IMG/VR virus record: IMGVR_UViG_3300042483_000388
Reading direction: 5' to 3' (one strand)
Length of the DNA: 64,000 nucleotides
From: a virus
Lineage: Duplodnaviria > Caudoviricetes
Under the pieces are notes generated by a model. That model saw nothing but the letters and a program-made list of their open reading frames with translations, did no database searches and had not been told where the DNA came from. Within the stretch, counting starts at the first letter, position 1. Every line of letters starts with the position of its first letter. Made by a program: the position numbers and the translations under genes. Shown here one piece after another: positions 1 through 9,966 of the stretch.

Positions 1-209
1 TTCCCACATTCTGTTGAAATGACTCCTGTTGATAATTTTTCTTTAAGCAACAGTAAGTCTAAATCAAAAATAAAACGAGAGTAACCGACTGGGGTTGATA
101 GACCACCATCACCATAATAAAGTTGAACTACGGGATTTCTACCAGTATTTACATAACTATTATAAACAATAGTGTTGTTTCTATTGAAGTAAGAATTATT
201 AGTTGACAT
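1..209 (-). CDS. Partial ORF running off the window start; probable virion structural protein
   Basis: My translation from ATG at 209: MSTNNSYFNRNNTIVYNSYVNTGRNPVVQLYYGDGG..., open to base 1. A TATTTATA motif lies at 222-229 on the minus strand. Confidence 0.6.
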   Translation of the reverse strand, partial: MSTNNSYFNRNNTIVYNSYVNTGRNPVVQLYYGDGGLSTPVGYSRFIFDLDLLLLKEKLSTGVISTECG

Positions 210-229
210 TTATGTTTTTATTATAAATA

Positions 230-1774
230 TCAATTAATTCGAATATATTGATTAAGAATTGAATTATCAGCATCTTGTAGGATTTTGTTTATCTGACTCA
301 ACTCCGTACCATCAACCCCTATTGGGATTGGCGCTTCATTTATATTATGAACATGCGAGGATAAAAACTTAACAATTAGTGTTAATAGTTTCATTAACTC
401 ATCCCCCCTAACCATAGGATCTGTATTTTGAAGTATGTTATCGGTAAAATACGGTTGATCAATACCATATAAAGTTTCTTTTGGTTCTAAAGTAATTTTA
501 GATTTTGACGGAATGTCCGATTTGTGAGATAATAAATAAACAAAATCCGCACCTATTGTCCCATAAGAAACTGGTGTTGGGGTGAACACACTTTGTTTTA
601 AAGTTGAGGTTTCCAATGTTAATTGTTGTCCAATAATATTCTTATCCCAAACAAGAACATTACCAGATTGTTCGTCAGATGGTAACAATTTAATTTTTTT
701 CTTGAAATTGGCAACCATATTATAATCTGTTGATCCTGATGAATCTAACTTATCTATGTTACCCTTAGAGGGTCTAAAATAGAATGGAAATTGATTTTCA
801 ATGTTGGTATTGTTTTGTGGTGGGTATTGATCATATCCGTTAATATTGATTTTACCGTCATTAACGCCATTTATAAATTGGTTAATTATTTTAACCCCAT
901 CATCTAATGTTTTTCCGGTAAATACTAAGGTATATTCTGGCGCTCCCTTATATTGGTCTAATGGTGTGTCCATTTCAATTACGGTTGATTGGGTTTCTGG
1001 TTTTGGTATTAATGAAAATAATTTAACATTACCATCATAAAACGTTGATCCGGTTATACCTCCACCAATAGTATTACCCGTAATTGTGCCCTCATTGGTT
1101 ATTTCCCACTCAATAAGTTTTTTAACTAATTTTGGTTTGTTTGAAAAAAACTTTTTAATAATGGGGTCTAATTCTTTTTTTTCTAAATCAAAGGTTGATA
1201 TCTGTAAGAAACTTCTATTTTGTCTTGGTGTTGGTAGATTAAACCCATCGGTTTGAGTTTCAACATTTTTACCAGATCTTACTAAAACTTCATTTGTTTT
1301 AACAATAACATCTGCGGTGCCTCGACCCAATAACGCATTATCTCCTGGCTCTGGATATATTCCCCTAACTTCAGCTTTCGTTTCAGTACTAATACGATCT
1401 TTTAAATCGTTTGCTTGTTTTAAGAATGAACCACTAGTTAACATAGATTCGGCATTGTGCCAGTCTTCAAAACTATTGTTTTGTGGTCTTGTTATTGGCC
1501 CTTGAATATAGAATTTATTATTATCTACTCTTTGTAGTTTGTTATAATAAAATATGTGGATATATTCATCAATTCTTGGAACCTGACTTATATAATAAGG
1601 TATTAATGGTAAATAAATTAATGGGTCTCTTTGTGTCCAAATATCCTTTTCCTCGTTCCAATCCTGAGGTAGTAAATCGGCCTCAATTTCTGTAACAGGT
1701 ACCGCCCTAACTCTACCCAACATTAATGGGTCTTGATTGTTAACTACGTAACCTTGAAATATTCCTTTACTCAT
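230..1774 (-). CDS. Baseplate central spike / hub protein (T4 gp5 / VgrG-like OB-fold N-terminus)
   Basis: N-terminal GYVVNNQDPLMLGRVRAV matches the gp5 OB-fold signature. The C-terminal SHVH resembles the HxH tip motif of phage spikes. Confidence 0.7.
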   Translation of the reverse strand: MSKGIFQGYVVNNQDPLMLGRVRAVPVTEIEADLLPQDWNEEKDIWTQRDPLIYLPLIPYYISQVPRIDEYIHIFYYNKLQRVDNNKFYIQGPITRPQNNSFEDWHNAESMLTSGSFLKQANDLKDRISTETKAEVRGIYPEPGDNALLGRGTADVIVKTNEVLVRSGKNVETQTDGFNLPTPRQNRSFLQISTFDLEKKELDPIIKKFFSNKPKLVKKLIEWEITNEGTITGNTIGGGITGSTFYDGNVKLFSLIPKPETQSTVIEMDTPLDQYKGAPEYTLVFTGKTLDDGVKIINQFINGVNDGKININGYDQYPPQNNTNIENQFPFYFRPSKGNIDKLDSSGSTDYNMVANFKKKIKLLPSDEQSGNVLVWDKNIIGQQLTLETSTLKQSVFTPTPVSYGTIGADFVYLLSHKSDIPSKSKITLEPKETLYGIDQPYFTDNILQNTDPMVRGDELMKLLTLIVKFLSSHVHNINEAPIPIGVDGTELSQINKILQDADNSILNQYIRIN

Positions 1775-2006
1775 TTCCCTTTAATCTAGATGTATATTCT
1801 TTATGTAATAAATTATATGTGTTTTCTAATTTATCTAAATGGTGAGTCAATTTAATAACTGTATTTTTCGCCATTTCAAAATCCTCTTTAATAAAGTCCA
1901 TAGCCAAGGTTAAATCTTTATTAGATCTTTCTTTATGTTCTTTAATTATTTGTAAAATTTCAACTGATTTTACTTTTTTTTCGTTAATACTAAATGAACT
2001 TTCCAT
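1767..2006 (-). CDS. Hypothetical protein (79 aa, coiled-coil-like)
   Basis: Clean ORF overlapping both neighbours in the operon; no motif recognised. Confidence 0.6.
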   Translation of the reverse strand: MESSFSINEKKVKSVEILQIIKEHKERSNKDLTLAMDFIKEDFEMAKNTVIKLTHHLDKLENTYNLLHKEYTSRLKGNE

Positions 2007-3912
2007 ATGCGTCTTTAGGTATTGTTATTCCCGCAGGAGTAATGGTTAATGGTCCGATACCAATTGCAACTTTTCCATTTTCAGAAATTTCTTTATCATT
2101 ACCATCAATCATTGCTTTTATTGATGCTAAGAACTTATTAGGACTACCATCCGGCATTGGACCTGTTGGGACACCTATTTCTTGTAAATTATTTATCGTA
2201 TTAAGAAATGATCTTGTTGGTGAATATCCATCAAGTAATTTTGATGACAATAACAAAGGTAATGGTAAATCACCGCCAGCGGCATTAATGGCATTTAATT
2301 TGTTCCTAACGGCCAAATTTAATAGTTGTAATAATTCGTCCAAAATACTTTTACATTCTCTAAAATCTTTTACCGTTATGATTAAACCTGAGATTACCCC
2401 AACAATAGATAAAATCATTTGATATTTCTTTTTTATTTTTTCTGTCGAAATATCCCCCAATAAAAGTTTAACTAATAGTTTAATTTCCTTTTTAAGTTCT
2501 TTGAATATCTCTTTGGTAAAAATCGCACCTATCTTACTTACAAATTCAACAAAGAACGATCTAAATAATTTGGCAAAATCTTCCAAATTACTCACTAATT
2601 TAGAAAAAGGCTGGTTCAATAATTCAGCAACAACCATTATTGGTAATACTGTTTTTGGGGAAAGAATTGTACTTATTAATGCCTTTACGAACTGCTCAAA
2701 AAATCCAGTATCTACAGACAATTTAAAAGTATCACTAACCGCAGGATATATAATACCTAAGGCCGCATTTATTTCATTAATATCACTAGTGTCTTCATTA
2801 AATGTTAAATTATCTAACGCAGTTAAAAGAGCCTCAACATTAAGAGGTTCTTTAACCATATCACAATCTTGAAATTCAATAACACCCCTTTTAATATCCG
2901 AAGTTTTTTGTTCTATAATTCTTAAATCTAAATCTGTAAACTCAAAAAATGAATTATCAATATTGTCATTTTCTGAAAGTTTTGATACTCCTGAAACATC
3001 TATCTCTTTATTTGAGTCATAACAAAGACCTAAAATTCTTTGCATAACTAATAATGATTTTTGTAATGACTCTAATTTTAAATTACCATCTCCTCTACCA
3101 AAAGAAATTGCTCCGGTAACATAGTCAGATAAATTAGTAAAAAAAGTCTTATAATCTAAAATATCAACCGTTGAATAGTAGTCATTTAAAAATTCATCAA
3201 TTACTGGTAAATTTTGTCTTGGTTTTAAATCAACTTTAAAAAAACTACCTTGTATTGGTTGTACAGTTATGGGATCAATATAACTTTCCACATAAGTCAT
3301 ATCAAATAAATTTTGAGCTGATTCTCCTATGTAGTTCGCACCGGCCACAGCACTATATGGTTGGTTTAAGTTTTGAGTTCTTTGATATAACTCTCTATTC
3401 ATTGAGAATGGATATTGGTTATATGATATTGGTTTTTTTTCGTAATATAATTTACCTATCCTATCATCAGTTGCCAATTCTAAAGACCCTAATAAATCTA
3501 CAGATTTTACCGGAACATAAACCGTTTGATTAAATGTGTATAATTGAACCCCCTCACAAGAAAGAGCCTTTTTAACTGAATCAATTAATAATGGTTTAAT
3601 TTGTGGTTTTAATGTCTTAAGTGAGTTTATGAATATTCTTTTGATTAACTTATCACTTTCTATTCCAGATCCCTTTAAATCTTTTAGTTGAGTTATTAAT
3701 TCGTCTAAAAAAGTTTTACTATTGGCCGTATGTTTTTTTCTTTTTTTTGTAAAATTAGAGAGTTGGTCAGACAAAAAATCGTTTGACGATTCTTGTGAAC
3801 TTCCGGCTTTTTTCTTTAATTGATCATATTGGGTTTTATACTCCTTATATGATTTATATACGGAAGTTTTATTTGCCGATTTTTTTAATTCTTCATTTAT
3901 ATCAACTGCCAT
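1990..3912 (-). CDS. Hypothetical protein (640 aa), possibly structural
   Basis: Long ORF co-oriented with the gp5-like gene; no motif recognised. Confidence 0.6.
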   Translation of the reverse strand: MAVDINEELKKSANKTSVYKSYKEYKTQYDQLKKKAGSSQESSNDFLSDQLSNFTKKRKKHTANSKTFLDELITQLKDLKGSGIESDKLIKRIFINSLKTLKPQIKPLLIDSVKKALSCEGVQLYTFNQTVYVPVKSVDLLGSLELATDDRIGKLYYEKKPISYNQYPFSMNRELYQRTQNLNQPYSAVAGANYIGESAQNLFDMTYVESYIDPITVQPIQGSFFKVDLKPRQNLPVIDEFLNDYYSTVDILDYKTFFTNLSDYVTGAISFGRGDGNLKLESLQKSLLVMQRILGLCYDSNKEIDVSGVSKLSENDNIDNSFFEFTDLDLRIIEQKTSDIKRGVIEFQDCDMVKEPLNVEALLTALDNLTFNEDTSDINEINAALGIIYPAVSDTFKLSVDTGFFEQFVKALISTILSPKTVLPIMVVAELLNQPFSKLVSNLEDFAKLFRSFFVEFVSKIGAIFTKEIFKELKKEIKLLVKLLLGDISTEKIKKKYQMILSIVGVISGLIITVKDFRECKSILDELLQLLNLAVRNKLNAINAAGGDLPLPLLLSSKLLDGYSPTRSFLNTINNLQEIGVPTGPMPDGSPNKFLASIKAMIDGNDKEISENGKVAIGIGPLTITPAGITIPKDAYGKFI

Positions 3913-3917
3913 ACAAC

Positions 3918-4289
3918 TTATTTTTTCATTTTATATGTGTTGTCCCCACTAGCGTCTTTTCTAATTAAATTTTGAATTGTTTCATCATCCATCTCAAGGT
4001 CTGAAAGGTTAAAATCTTCTTCTTTTTCGGTATTTTTCTGCCACATCTGTGATTGTAGTTTAGAAAGAGTCAATTTTTTATCAACACAATCATTTATTAT
4101 TTTTTGTTGTTTCTCAATCACAGGACCAATAAGAGTCATATCTTCAGGTTCTTTCATCATTGTCAACATTTTGTTTTGAATTCTAATTGCAGTATTCCTT
4201 TGTTCCACAAGCTCATTGTAGATTTCCTGCATTAAGGATAACATTGATTCTTTACTGAGATTTATTTCTTTCTTACGTGGTCTTGACAT
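3918..4289 (-). CDS. Hypothetical protein (123 aa)
   Basis: Clean ORF with TATTTATA at 4293-4300 immediately upstream. Confidence 0.6.
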   Translation of the reverse strand: MSRPRKKEINLSKESMLSLMQEIYNELVEQRNTAIRIQNKMLTMMKEPEDMTLIGPVIEKQQKIINDCVDKKLTLSKLQSQMWQKNTEKEEDFNLSDLEMDDETIQNLIRKDASGDNTYKMKK

Positions 4290-4300
4290 ATATATAAATA

Positions 4301-5044
4301 TTATTTTTTTAAAATTTCTTGAACCAAATCAAAATATAATTTTTTATATTTTTTAATCATAGTTCTTATCTCCTTAGTTGATAGATTTGTCATTTCCCTA
4401 AGTTCAAATAAAATAATATTTTTATTAAACTTATTATTGTTTGTGTCCGGAAAAATTGTTCCGTAATTCTCAAACAAATCATATATTGCAGACCCTAATT
4501 TGTGCTCTTGTTCGTCACAATCTTTTTGGTTTAAATTTTCCTTTAATCTTTGTAAAAATTTTTTAATAATATATTCAGAGTTTATTTCATCATTTTCTAT
4601 AATATAGGATAATTCTGGCCTATTTGATAAATCGGAAGATATATCTTCATAAGATATCTTTCTATTCATTTCTTTTTGATCTTTCATTATCTGACCCATA
4701 AGATAATTTTTACAAATAGTCCCAAAATATGAGTATGCCTTTTTTTCTTTTGAGGGCTTAAATTTGTCCATTTTTGTCATAAGAAAAGAATGTGTGTCGG
4801 CATGAATTTCTTCATAATTCATGTCTTTCCTATATAGTTTATACCTTCTAATAATTGAAGATATCATCTTATCTAAAGGGTCTTTTAAGAACTCATTATA
4901 TATTTTATTTCTTTCTCCGTTACTTTCTGTAACTAAAAATAATCTAACTGCGTCCTCTTCTCGCACATCAAAATAATTATTTGTTGTTGGTTTTCTACCT
5001 TTCTTTTTCTTTTCTATGGTTGGATCAATCTCAAGTTCTATCAT
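4301..5044 (-). CDS. Phage RNA polymerase sigma factor (T4 gp55-like late sigma candidate)
   Basis: NNYF near the N-terminus and FKPSKEKKAYSYFGTICKNYL resemble sigma region 2 of gp55-type proteins; helical and basic. Confidence 0.6.
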   Translation of the reverse strand: MIELEIDPTIEKKKKGRKPTTNNYFDVREEDAVRLFLVTESNGERNKIYNEFLKDPLDKMISSIIRRYKLYRKDMNYEEIHADTHSFLMTKMDKFKPSKEKKAYSYFGTICKNYLMGQIMKDQKEMNRKISYEDISSDLSNRPELSYIIENDEINSEYIIKKFLQRLKENLNQKDCDEQEHKLGSAIYDLFENYGTIFPDTNNNKFNKNIILFELREMTNLSTKEIRTMIKKYKKLYFDLVQEILKK

Positions 5045-5850
5045 TAAGCATTTTGTGGTTCATAATTTATGTCCCTTTGGGTGGTAAAAAAACATTCTTT
5101 TTTTGCTGATTCTATCCAGAATCTAGCTTCTTCTGAATCCATACTATTAGCACCATTTTTATAATTCCAAAAAATTGATCCTTCTCTTAAATTCATATGT
5201 TTGTAACCAATTTTTGGTATAGTTAAAATTTTTGCCGAATTATGTGTCATTCTTAAGAAAAGTTCATAACCAAACGTTAACTTTATATTTGATTTCATTT
5301 TACCAACTCTCTCATACATTTCTTTTTTAAAGACCATACCTGAAGTTTGGAAGTTTTGAAATGTTTGTAAAGTTTCGTTTGTTAAATACCCCATATCAGA
5401 TGAAATATTTGCTGCGAATGTAGCCTCATTTGTAAACCCAGCAAAAACTAATTTATCATCAACATCAACCACAATTGGTAAAAAAGCGTCAATATCTTTA
5501 TAGATGGACATATATTTATGTGCATTTTTAAACCAAATGTTTGAATACTCATCATCGAACTCTAAAATTGAACACCATTCTGATTTGGCTAATTCAACAC
5601 CCCTATTAACTTGATTTGCGAAATTTGGATCCTCAGTCCAAGACTCGAGAACAACGGTCAATCCGCTAAAATCGTAGGCATTTAAATGGTTAGTTAAGTA
5701 TGGTTCATCACCGTGAACAATAATAAGCTCGTCCGCATTTTTATGTTGATGTTGTACGGATTGAATAGCTCTCGAAAAGAAGTCTTCAAAACCAATGGCT
5801 TTACCTGATTTTATAGGTAATATAACTGAAATTGTATTTTTATTTTCCAT
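5044..5850 (-). CDS. Glycosyltransferase, GT2/GT-A fold
   Basis: ISVILPI start, VNRGVELAKSEWCSILEFDD (DxD-like motif), and YELFLRM. Confidence 0.8.
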   Translation of the reverse strand: MENKNTISVILPIKSGKAIGFEDFFSRAIQSVQHQHKNADELIIVHGDEPYLTNHLNAYDFSGLTVVLESWTEDPNFANQVNRGVELAKSEWCSILEFDDEYSNIWFKNAHKYMSIYKDIDAFLPIVVDVDDKLVFAGFTNEATFAANISSDMGYLTNETLQTFQNFQTSGMVFKKEMYERVGKMKSNIKLTFGYELFLRMTHNSAKILTIPKIGYKHMNLREGSIFWNYKNGANSMDSEEARFWIESAKKECFFTTQRDINYEPQNA

Positions 5851-5852
5851 AA

Positions 5853-6908
5853 TTAAATTGTTTCAAATTTAGATAGTTGATCTTCAAAAGAAGTAAGTCT
5901 TGTTGACATAAGGTTGTTAAAAAGGTCTGTAGTGTTTTTTTCAAAACTCGACAAAGAAGGTAAAGAATTTACAGTTTCTTCCATTTTACTATAAAGTTCT
6001 GGATTGATGTTATCCTCTAACCAATTTTGTATAAAATCAGAAAGTACATCGTTCAATATTGTTTTATTGTTAATCCAAATACCATTATTTTCATCCATCC
6101 ATTCAGGAACGATATCAGGAACCAAACCAATAACAGGAATACCCATCTTCATTGACTCGAGTGGGAAAGTTCCGTAAGAACTTGATTGGTCAATCCAAAT
6201 AGAAACAAAACTATCCTTCATGGCTTCTGCGAATTCTTTTTCGGTTAAACCTCTTAAATCTCTAAAAGTAATCCATCTATATTGTGGGAACTTAGAGTAG
6301 AAAGTTTTTATAAGATTAACAGTATCTCTCTGATCTCTTGTATGAACATTAACAATTGTCTTGGGTGGAAATTCGGCTTTTTTGAAATTATCCGAAATTG
6401 ATGGTTGTAAAACATCTACGGAGATTTGTCTCATGACACCATTTATATATTCTTTTTGTTTTTCTGAGGTTGTTATACATTTATGAAAACCTAATTGAGA
6501 CCATGTTTGTCCTGGTTGTAAGGTCTCAAAAATATGGTCATATGCTTGACACAAAACAATTTTACCACAAGGTAATTTTGTAATTTGATCCATAATGAAA
6601 CCATAAATTTCAGGAATAATAATAAGGTCATCTGGAGATATCTCCAAATTTGTCCCGTCGATTGACGTATGCGGCAATTCCATATATTCCTCACCCATCC
6701 AATCAGAAACACCAAAATACTCTGGTTTCTCATGTAGAATAATAGGGTTATACCCATCTTTTTTTAATGCCATGGCCATCTCATAAATGTATCTTACGGA
6801 TGCCTTCACATTTCCTTTAGTATCTTGTACCACAAAATACAATCTTGATTTCTTTTCTTTCATGTTAGAAATCGACAATTCTAATTTTTGAATTTGTTCT
6901 TCGTTCAT
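5853..6908 (-). CDS. Glycosyltransferase, GT-B fold (GT4-like)
   Basis: DLIIIPE and SSYGTFPLESMKMGIPVIG (E-x7-E-like GT4 C-terminal motif, degenerate). Confidence 0.7.
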   Translation of the reverse strand: MNEEQIQKLELSISNMKEKKSRLYFVVQDTKGNVKASVRYIYEMAMALKKDGYNPIILHEKPEYFGVSDWMGEEYMELPHTSIDGTNLEISPDDLIIIPEIYGFIMDQITKLPCGKIVLCQAYDHIFETLQPGQTWSQLGFHKCITTSEKQKEYINGVMRQISVDVLQPSISDNFKKAEFPPKTIVNVHTRDQRDTVNLIKTFYSKFPQYRWITFRDLRGLTEKEFAEAMKDSFVSIWIDQSSSYGTFPLESMKMGIPVIGLVPDIVPEWMDENNGIWINNKTILNDVLSDFIQNWLEDNINPELYSKMEETVNSLPSLSSFEKNTTDLFNNLMSTRLTSFEDQLSKFETI

Positions 6909-6915
6909 ACTTAAA

Positions 6916-7173
6916 TTATAGTTTATTTATTATTTTTTTTACCAATAATGAATTGAATGCAATTTTAAATGGGATTGAAACTTCATTACTTTTCATCCCT
7001 AAATTCTCGTCAACAATCTCATCTTCTGTTAATACAATATCTACCAACATTTTTATTAGTTCATATTTAACTAAATGAATTTGAGAATCACCACTCACAC
7101 TTTTTAACTCTACCTCTTTATCAACCTTATCGATATCAATGTAATAGTTTTGACCAAACGTACTAAACAACAT
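6916..7173 (-). CDS. Hypothetical protein (85 aa)
   Basis: ORF packed within the operon. Confidence 0.6.
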   Translation of the reverse strand: MLFSTFGQNYYIDIDKVDKEVELKSVSGDSQIHLVKYELIKMLVDIVLTEDEIVDENLGMKSNEVSIPFKIAFNSLLVKKIINKL

Positions 7174-7828
7174 GTTTTAGTTCTTTTATTAGTTTACCAA
7201 ATTCTGAAAGTGAAGTAATCTCATATTCAGAATTGATGTGTTTATTATACTCGGTGGTAAATTTAATGACCACCTTTCCTTCGTGTTTTTCTAATAGTAA
7301 GGTAGGATCCGCAGTAAGTAAAACATCTACTTGATCCCACATAGATTTTTTTGTAATTTCACTAAAGAAAAATACCTTTTCCAATAAACACCCAAATTTA
7401 GATAGGAAGAATAATGAGGATGGTTTTGATTTACCAATCTCACTTGACACAATCATTAATTCATTCTCATCTCTTAACTCAAGATACAAATCGTTTAACA
7501 TGTTAAATGTTGTCATCTCCGTTGATGGGGCGTGTCCGAATAATTCCATCGTATATTCCTCATACATAAATGAAAATAATTCCTCACTATTACGAAACGC
7601 AAAATGTTTGGTCAAGTCTAAAGAGTCAACGTCGGTTAGTTTTTTATATTCAAAAGGAATTACGTCGGACACCTCCAATTCAGTGTTTCCAGATATGTCC
7701 ACATTATATGTTTTACCTAAATACCCATCCGGATCACTTTCAATTAAGTGTTTTTCGTAAAGTTGTTCAAATTTGGTAATAGTATCCCTTAATACCCCAT
7801 TAATATCAATCCCTATTCTCTTTGTCAT
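7163..7828 (-). CDS. HAD-family 5'(3')-deoxyribonucleotidase-like protein
   Basis: RIGIDINGVLRD (motif I with DxN in place of DxD), IVSSE, and a C-terminal tail with KFTTEYNKH. Confidence 0.65.
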   Translation of the reverse strand: MTKRIGIDINGVLRDTITKFEQLYEKHLIESDPDGYLGKTYNVDISGNTELEVSDVIPFEYKKLTDVDSLDLTKHFAFRNSEELFSFMYEEYTMELFGHAPSTEMTTFNMLNDLYLELRDENELMIVSSEIGKSKPSSLFFLSKFGCLLEKVFFFSEITKKSMWDQVDVLLTADPTLLLEKHEGKVVIKFTTEYNKHINSEYEITSLSEFGKLIKELKHVV

Positions 7829-8552
7829 ATTCTGATAATATTTTAGTAATTAATGGGTTTCTAACGTTCTTAGCGTCCCTAAAATCATAAACACCAATGT
7901 CCGGAACATTACTGAATTTTTGTATTGCGTCGTATAGTCCTGATTGTTTTTTATCTTTATACCTATCCGTCTGCTCAAGATCACCAGATATAAAGAATTT
8001 ACTATTATACCCTATCCTTGTCAATAGTAGTTTCATTTGATTGGGGGTTGAATTTTGAGCCTCCTCAAAAATTAGGATTGAGTTGTCTATATTCATACCT
8101 CTCATATAGGCTAAAGCAAACACCTCAATAATTTCGGCCTTCTTTAATTCTTCCCTTGATTCTTTACCAATAATTTTATTTAATAAATAATAGGAGGGGA
8201 ATATATATGGATCCAATTTTTCTTCAAGACCTCCGGGAAGGCTACCTAATTTCTCTTCTGCCTCAACCGCCGGTCTAACAATTATTATTTTCTCATATGA
8301 GTTGTTTGTATCCACTAAAAGATCGACTGCCGCCTTCATTGCGATAAAACTCTTACCAACACCTGCAGGTCCCGAAGCAACCGTAATTTGATTATTCTTT
8401 AAAATGTTATAATAATCTTCTTGGTGTTCAGATAAAAATTTATTTTTTTGTTTCCGTTTAATTATTGAGTTAATTAAATCCTTTTTTGAAAAAGGTTTAG
8501 AATCTTTAGTCTCCAATTTAATTATTGGATCTGGTTTTTTTCTTATTGCCAT
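7806..8552 (-). CDS. phoH: PhoH-family ATPase
   Basis: GPAGVGKS Walker A, IIIVRPAVE, LGSLPG, LAYMRG, EEAQN, GDLEQTD and RNPLI. Confidence 0.95.
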   Translation of the reverse strand: MAIRKKPDPIIKLETKDSKPFSKKDLINSIIKRKQKNKFLSEHQEDYYNILKNNQITVASGPAGVGKSFIAMKAAVDLLVDTNNSYEKIIIVRPAVEAEEKLGSLPGGLEEKLDPYIFPSYYLLNKIIGKESREELKKAEIIEVFALAYMRGMNIDNSILIFEEAQNSTPNQMKLLLTRIGYNSKFFISGDLEQTDRYKDKKQSGLYDAIQKFSNVPDIGVYDFRDAKNVRNPLITKILSEYDKENRD

Positions 8553-8555
8553 ATT

Positions 8556-8999
8556 TTAATTAATAAATCTTTTTTTACTCTCACCATCATAGATTTTTTT
8601 TCTAAGGTTTGTTGTTGAGTAATTATGGTCACGTTTATTGTATATAATTCTAATCCCCCTCTTTTGACAAATACTTTTTCCCGTGTAGTCAATGTCTTTA
8701 TAATCCTCACCAATTATTCGGACATCTAAATCCAATGAACTAAAAAGTTCTTCTAACTCATCTTCAGTATTGTAGGGGATTATCTTATCAACATATTTAA
8801 CCGCATCCAATTGCAAGTATCTTTCTACAAGGGATTGGATTGGTTTATTTTTATCTTTTCTATCTATTGTAGGATCGTTCTGTAATGCACATATTAAATA
8901 ATCACAATGTTTTTTACATTCTTCTAACATAATGATATGTCCTGTATGTAGGAGATCAAAAGTACTACATGTTATTCCTACCGTTTTATTTTTTTCCAT
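8556..8999 (-). CDS. Cytidylyltransferase (TagD / glycerol-3-phosphate cytidylyltransferase-like)
   Basis: TCSTFDLLHTGH (HIGH motif), ERYLQL and RDHNYSTTNLR. Confidence 0.9.
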   Translation of the reverse strand: MEKNKTVGITCSTFDLLHTGHIIMLEECKKHCDYLICALQNDPTIDRKDKNKPIQSLVERYLQLDAVKYVDKIIPYNTEDELEELFSSLDLDVRIIGEDYKDIDYTGKSICQKRGIRIIYNKRDHNYSTTNLRKKIYDGESKKRFIN

Positions 9000-9966
9000 A
9001 ATATTCTAACCAATAATTTATCATTTCATCTAACATTGTTTCAAATGTATATTTTGGTTTCCATTTTAACTCATTTCTAAGTTTAGATGAATCACCTTTT
9101 AAATCATAAAGTTCCTCAGGTCTAAAATGTTTTTCATTGACTTCAATATAATTAGTAAAATCTAAACCTATTTTTGAAAATGTGTAGTCACATAAATCTT
9201 TTACTGAGTGAGATATACCGGTAGAGCACACATAATCATCTGGTTTGTCAGTTTGTAACATCATCCACATTGCTTCAACATAATCTTTAGCGTGACCCCA
9301 ATCTCTTGTAGCGTCTAAATTGCCTAAATATAACTTATCTTGTAACCCTAATTTAATTCTAACCGCAGCTTTTACGACTTTATTGGTTACGAAATTTGTC
9401 CCTCTTCTTGGTGATTCGTGGTTGAATAATATTCCATTCCATATTTTCATACCATAAGAGTTTCTATAATTTCTACAAATGTTGTATGAAAATACTTTAG
9501 CACAACCATATGGTGAGACCGGATTTAATTGTGTTGTTTCTCTTTGGAACCCGTCATCATCAATAGTATTACCAAACATTTCTGATGATGAAGCTTGATA
9601 AATTTTTATTTTTGTGTCAACTAATTTACATGCTTCTAAAACGTTTAATGTTCCTAAACCAGTTACATTTGCCGTATATATTGGTTGGTCAAAAGATATT
9701 CTAACGTGAGATTGTGCTGCCAAATTATAAACCTCTTGAGGTTTAATTTCACTAATTACTCTAATTATTGATGATAAGTCGGTTAGATCTGCGTAATGTA
9801 AATTTAATTTATCGAAAACACTATCTAATCTTGATGTTTGATTTTCAGATACCGAATTTCTTTTTAAAGTTCCATGAACTTCATACCCTTTTTCTAATAA
9901 TAACTCAGCAAGATATGATCCGTCTTGACCATTTATCCCTGTAATGAGTGCCACTTTTTTATCCAT
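8986..9966 (-). CDS. gmd: GDP-mannose 4,6-dehydratase
   Basis: ALITGINGQDGSYLAELLL, YNLAAQSHV, YQASSSEMFG, SPYGCAK, ILFNHESPRRG and RDWGHAKDYV. Confidence 0.97.
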   Translation of the reverse strand: MDKKVALITGINGQDGSYLAELLLEKGYEVHGTLKRNSVSENQTSRLDSVFDKLNLHYADLTDLSSIIRVISEIKPQEVYNLAAQSHVRISFDQPIYTANVTGLGTLNVLEACKLVDTKIKIYQASSSEMFGNTIDDDGFQRETTQLNPVSPYGCAKVFSYNICRNYRNSYGMKIWNGILFNHESPRRGTNFVTNKVVKAAVRIKLGLQDKLYLGNLDATRDWGHAKDYVEAMWMMLQTDKPDDYVCSTGISHSVKDLCDYTFSKIGLDFTNYIEVNEKHFRPEELYDLKGDSSKLRNELKWKPKYTFETMLDEMINYWLEYYGKK

